Part shown: positions 61,589 to 64,000 of the stretch, in pieces
How positions within the stretch are numbered: the stretch's first letter is position 1
Layout of the letters: the number at the start of each line of letters is the position of its first letter
Assembly: GCA_034111875.1 (NCBI GenBank)
Contig: JAWUWK010000028.1
Location: forward strand, 4,707-68,706
DNA: 64,000 nt
From: Gammaproteobacteria bacterium
GTDB lineage: Bacteria > Pseudomonadota > Gammaproteobacteria > Pseudomonadales > Balneatricaceae
Direction: 5' to 3'
The notes under the pieces: model-generated
What the model saw: only the letters and a program-made list of their open reading frames with translations
Database searches by the model: none
What the model was told of the DNA's origin: nothing
Program-made: the position numbers and the translations under genes

Positions 61589-63346
61589 CTAGACATATTG
61601 TTTATCGTCATAGTAATTTTTTATTTGGCCGCGTGAAAGCAAGCCAATTAGATGATCGCTGTGGTTATAGACGCAAAGTAAATCAGCTTGATTTTGGTTC
61701 ATCAATTGCAGCGCATCGTACAAGGTCACTTTTAGATTAACTTTGATTATTTTATAGCGCTCGGCGGGGATCCTATTTAAATCTACGATGCCATCTTTTT
61801 CCACCAAATTGCATTGCATAAAATTTTCGAGATTAGTGGCGGGGAAAATAAAGATAGGTAAATCGTCATCTTTGATGATAAACCACATTCTGTTTTGCAC
61901 TATCATTCGTTTCGCTTGGTTATAGGTTATCTTTGCGTAGCTAAATTGAAAGTTTCTACTCATTGCTTTTGCCACAGAAGCTCGGGTTAAAATTTGTTCC
62001 AATGGCCCTAAACGATAATCTAAACCTTGAGCTTGCAAGGAGGCGAGGAAAGCCGAGGGAGTAATGCAAATATAGCGGCTGGTAAAGTTGGCGACGACAA
62101 TGGCAATCATTGCTGGAAATATTATGTGTGGGTTGTAAGTGAGCTCAAGCAAGGCTATTAAGGCCGCTAGAGGGGCATTTAACACCGCAGCCATCATAGC
62201 CCCCATACCTAGCATAGCGTACAAGCCAATATGTGAAACAGACGTCGGGATAAAGAAAGTATTGTAAAACAATGTAGGGTAAAAAAAACTACCGTAAATA
62301 CCCAATAAAGCGCCGCACACAGCGCCTATGAACAAGCTGGGCCCGATGAGGCCTGCCGGCATCCCCAGGCCTAAAATAATTGGTGTTAAAAGTACTTTAG
62401 CAATTAAAATGCCCAGCAGTGCGTTAGCATCTAGTTTCCCCAAAAAAGTATCTTCTATAGTGTCATATCCCGTTCCCATCACTTGTGGGTAGGCGATAGC
62501 GACTATGCCTGTTAGCAGACCCGCAAGTATCAGTTTGTGTTGTAGAGGCCAGCTGATTTTTTGGCTTGTAAAAATCATTAGTTTGATAAATAGGGTGGCT
62601 AATAAGCCTATAATAATCCCCAGCAACATTATCCAAGGAATCTCTGAATAACTGAGAATTCCAAATGCAGGAACGTCGAAGAGAGGCGCTGAAGAAAAAA
62701 TTAAGCGGGTAATTAAGGAGCTAGTAACCGCGGCGACAATGACCGGTGTGAAACCGGCGACCGTATATTCAATTAAGATCACTTCCATAGCAAAAATGAC
62801 CCCTGCTAAGGGGGTGTTAAACGCCGCCGAAATAGCAGCTGCAGCGCCGCAGGCAAGTAAAATCCGTTGGGCGTTATGTGGAATATGTAATGCCTGTCCA
62901 AGCATGCTGGATAAGCTGGCACCCATATAGATAGCAGGCCCTTCACGCCCGACAGACTGACCACTGACTAGAGCCACAACAGCGACAAGAAATTGGGCTA
63001 ATAAATTTTTGCCTGAAATATAGCCCTGATGGTACACCAGCCTTTCTAGTAGATGTACTATGCCGACTTTGTTTTTTATCAGCGGCCAATAGGTATACAT
63101 CAGGGATAAAACGAGTCCGCCGATGCTTGGAAACAAAAAACGCTGTTCTAGACTGAGGCTTTCAAAGTTCTCCACATGGCCGGTGAGTATCAAGCTTAGA
63201 GGCGTATCAATTGCAAATCTAAACAGTGCGATCAGCAGGCCACAGCCAATACCGCAAATAAAGCCCAATGCGACAAGTTGTGGCATGGCTTCATAACTGG
63301 CAAGTTGGTCTCGAAAATTTTGCAGAGAAAAATTTGCTTTTATCAT
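61589..63346 (-). CDS. ClC-family chloride channel/antiporter with a C-terminal CBS pair
   Basis: 585 aa with selectivity-filter-type motifs GREGP (GQSVGREGPAIY) and G.IGPSLFIGA. The soluble C-terminal ~150 aa are CBS-like. Confidence 0.88.
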   Translation of the reverse strand: MIKANFSLQNFRDQLASYEAMPQLVALGFICGIGCGLLIALFRFAIDTPLSLILTGHVENFESLSLEQRFLFPSIGGLVLSLMYTYWPLIKNKVGIVHLLERLVYHQGYISGKNLLAQFLVAVVALVSGQSVGREGPAIYMGASLSSMLGQALHIPHNAQRILLACGAAAAISAAFNTPLAGVIFAMEVILIEYTVAGFTPVIVAAVTSSLITRLIFSSAPLFDVPAFGILSYSEIPWIMLLGIIIGLLATLFIKLMIFTSQKISWPLQHKLILAGLLTGIVAIAYPQVMGTGYDTIEDTFLGKLDANALLGILIAKVLLTPIILGLGMPAGLIGPSLFIGAVCGALLGIYGSFFYPTLFYNTFFIPTSVSHIGLYAMLGMGAMMAAVLNAPLAALIALLELTYNPHIIFPAMIAIVVANFTSRYICITPSAFLASLQAQGLDYRLGPLEQILTRASVAKAMSRNFQFSYAKITYNQAKRMIVQNRMWFIIKDDDLPIFIFPATNLENFMQCNLVEKDGIVDLNRIPAERYKIIKVNLKVTLYDALQLMNQNQADLLCVYNHSDHLIGLLSRGQIKNYYDDKQYV

Positions 63347-63806
63347 GACCGGCCTAGTGCCTAGTGAGGGTGGGCCGAGTATAGCAGCGTGAATGCAATC
63401 GCGCTTAACTATCTGCTTACAGCGATGAGCCTGCTAAGCTGTTTGATTATGAGCTCGCAGGTTAGCCGCCAGATAGAGGTATTGGACTTAGAGTCTTCAA
63501 TATTAGAGAGTTCAGTATGACTCGCGTTTAATAAGCCAGTTTAATTCAGTTGTTTAGTTAGCTGAAATATAGTGTCCTTATGCAGAGGTCTAATCTTCTT
63601 AGCGACATATTTTGGTGTGTTGCTTCTTTCGACGAGGGATTGCGCGCAAATGCTATGCAGAGCATGACTACTCAATAAATTGCTGCGCAAGTGATTTCTT
63701 CATGACAAGTTCTCTGGCATAATTGCCAGTGTGTATTTTTGCTCTTTTGAGCGCGCCTGAAATCTGGGTGCAACTACTTAATACCTTAAATCAGTGAGAT
63801 AGATTG

Positions 63807-64000
63807 TGAAAAATTTTAGTGACCAGCTGGAAAAAATCAGATCACAAAATGGCTTTATCGCAGCATTAGACCAAAGCGGAGGAAGCACGCCTAAAGCTTT
63901 AGCGCTCTATGGGGTAGATGATGGCGCTTGGACAAATGAAGAGGGCATGTATGCGCTGGTGCATCAAATGCGCACGCGAATCATGACCAGTCCAAGCTTT
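63807..64000 (+). CDS. Class I fructose-bisphosphate aldolase, N-terminal part (3' end outside the window)
   Basis: My own translation from the GTG at 63807 is [65 protein letters not shown]. The [17 protein letters not shown]...MRTR...SP.F pattern is the bacterial class I FBA N-terminus (Staphylococcus FdaB type). Confidence 0.8.

Noticed and set aside
63347-63806. Possible fluoride (crcB-type) riboswitch upstream of the ClC gene.
   Set aside because: I could not find the conserved riboswitch core on the minus strand. The channel is a long CBS-containing ClC rather than the short ClC-F type usually controlled by fluoride riboswitches.

Overview
This window is conserved chromosomal backbone from a moderately AT-rich gammaproteobacterium. 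I count about 58 apparently intact CDS. I found no rRNA or tRNA genes, no CRISPR array, and no transposase, integrase or phage genes.

Gene order, left to right:
- pilU (3' part) and a SUKH/SMI1-like ORF
- lnt-corC-ybeY-ybeZ-miaB (minus strand)
- a DUF1820 gene and a lipoprotein
- epmB <> efp-epmA
- a long holD-like gene, then rimI, prfC and yjjV
- a lipoprotein and fabY-class KAS (minus strand)
- yiaD-like OmpA lipoprotein
- flgT <> flgO-flgP (H-ring-like lipoprotein trio)
- DUF1244, glnD and map (minus strand)
- the long plus-strand block rpsB-tsf-pyrH-frr-uppS-cdsA-rseP-bamA-lpxD-fabZ-lpxA-lpxB-rnhB-dnaE-accA-tilS-pyrG-eno-ftsB-truD-surE-pcm-DUF368-nlpD-rpoS
- an APH/P-loop kinase fusion (minus strand)
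- mrcB and an LpoP-like TPR lipoprotein
- hemL plus a translationally coupled membrane protein, then a ClC channel (minus strand)
- the 5' end of a class I fructose-bisphosphate aldolase

I do not see a self-evident novel multi-gene system, such as a defence island, toxin module or mobile element.

The observations most worth a second look are:
1. A 264-bp tandem duplication of the 3' end of the flgT-like gene. The downstream copy has decayed.
2. All three MEP-pathway genes that normally sit inside these syntenic blocks (dxr, ispD, ispF) are missing. skp is also missing between bamA and lpxD.
3. The flgT/flgO/flgP trio sits away from any other flagellar gene.
4. Several poorly characterised envelope genes are wedged into conserved operons: a DUF368/PopT-like gene, an LpoP-like gene, a hemL-coupled membrane protein and a fabY-linked lipoprotein.

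All product calls rest on my reading of the supplied translations (motifs, length, synteny). No database search was run.
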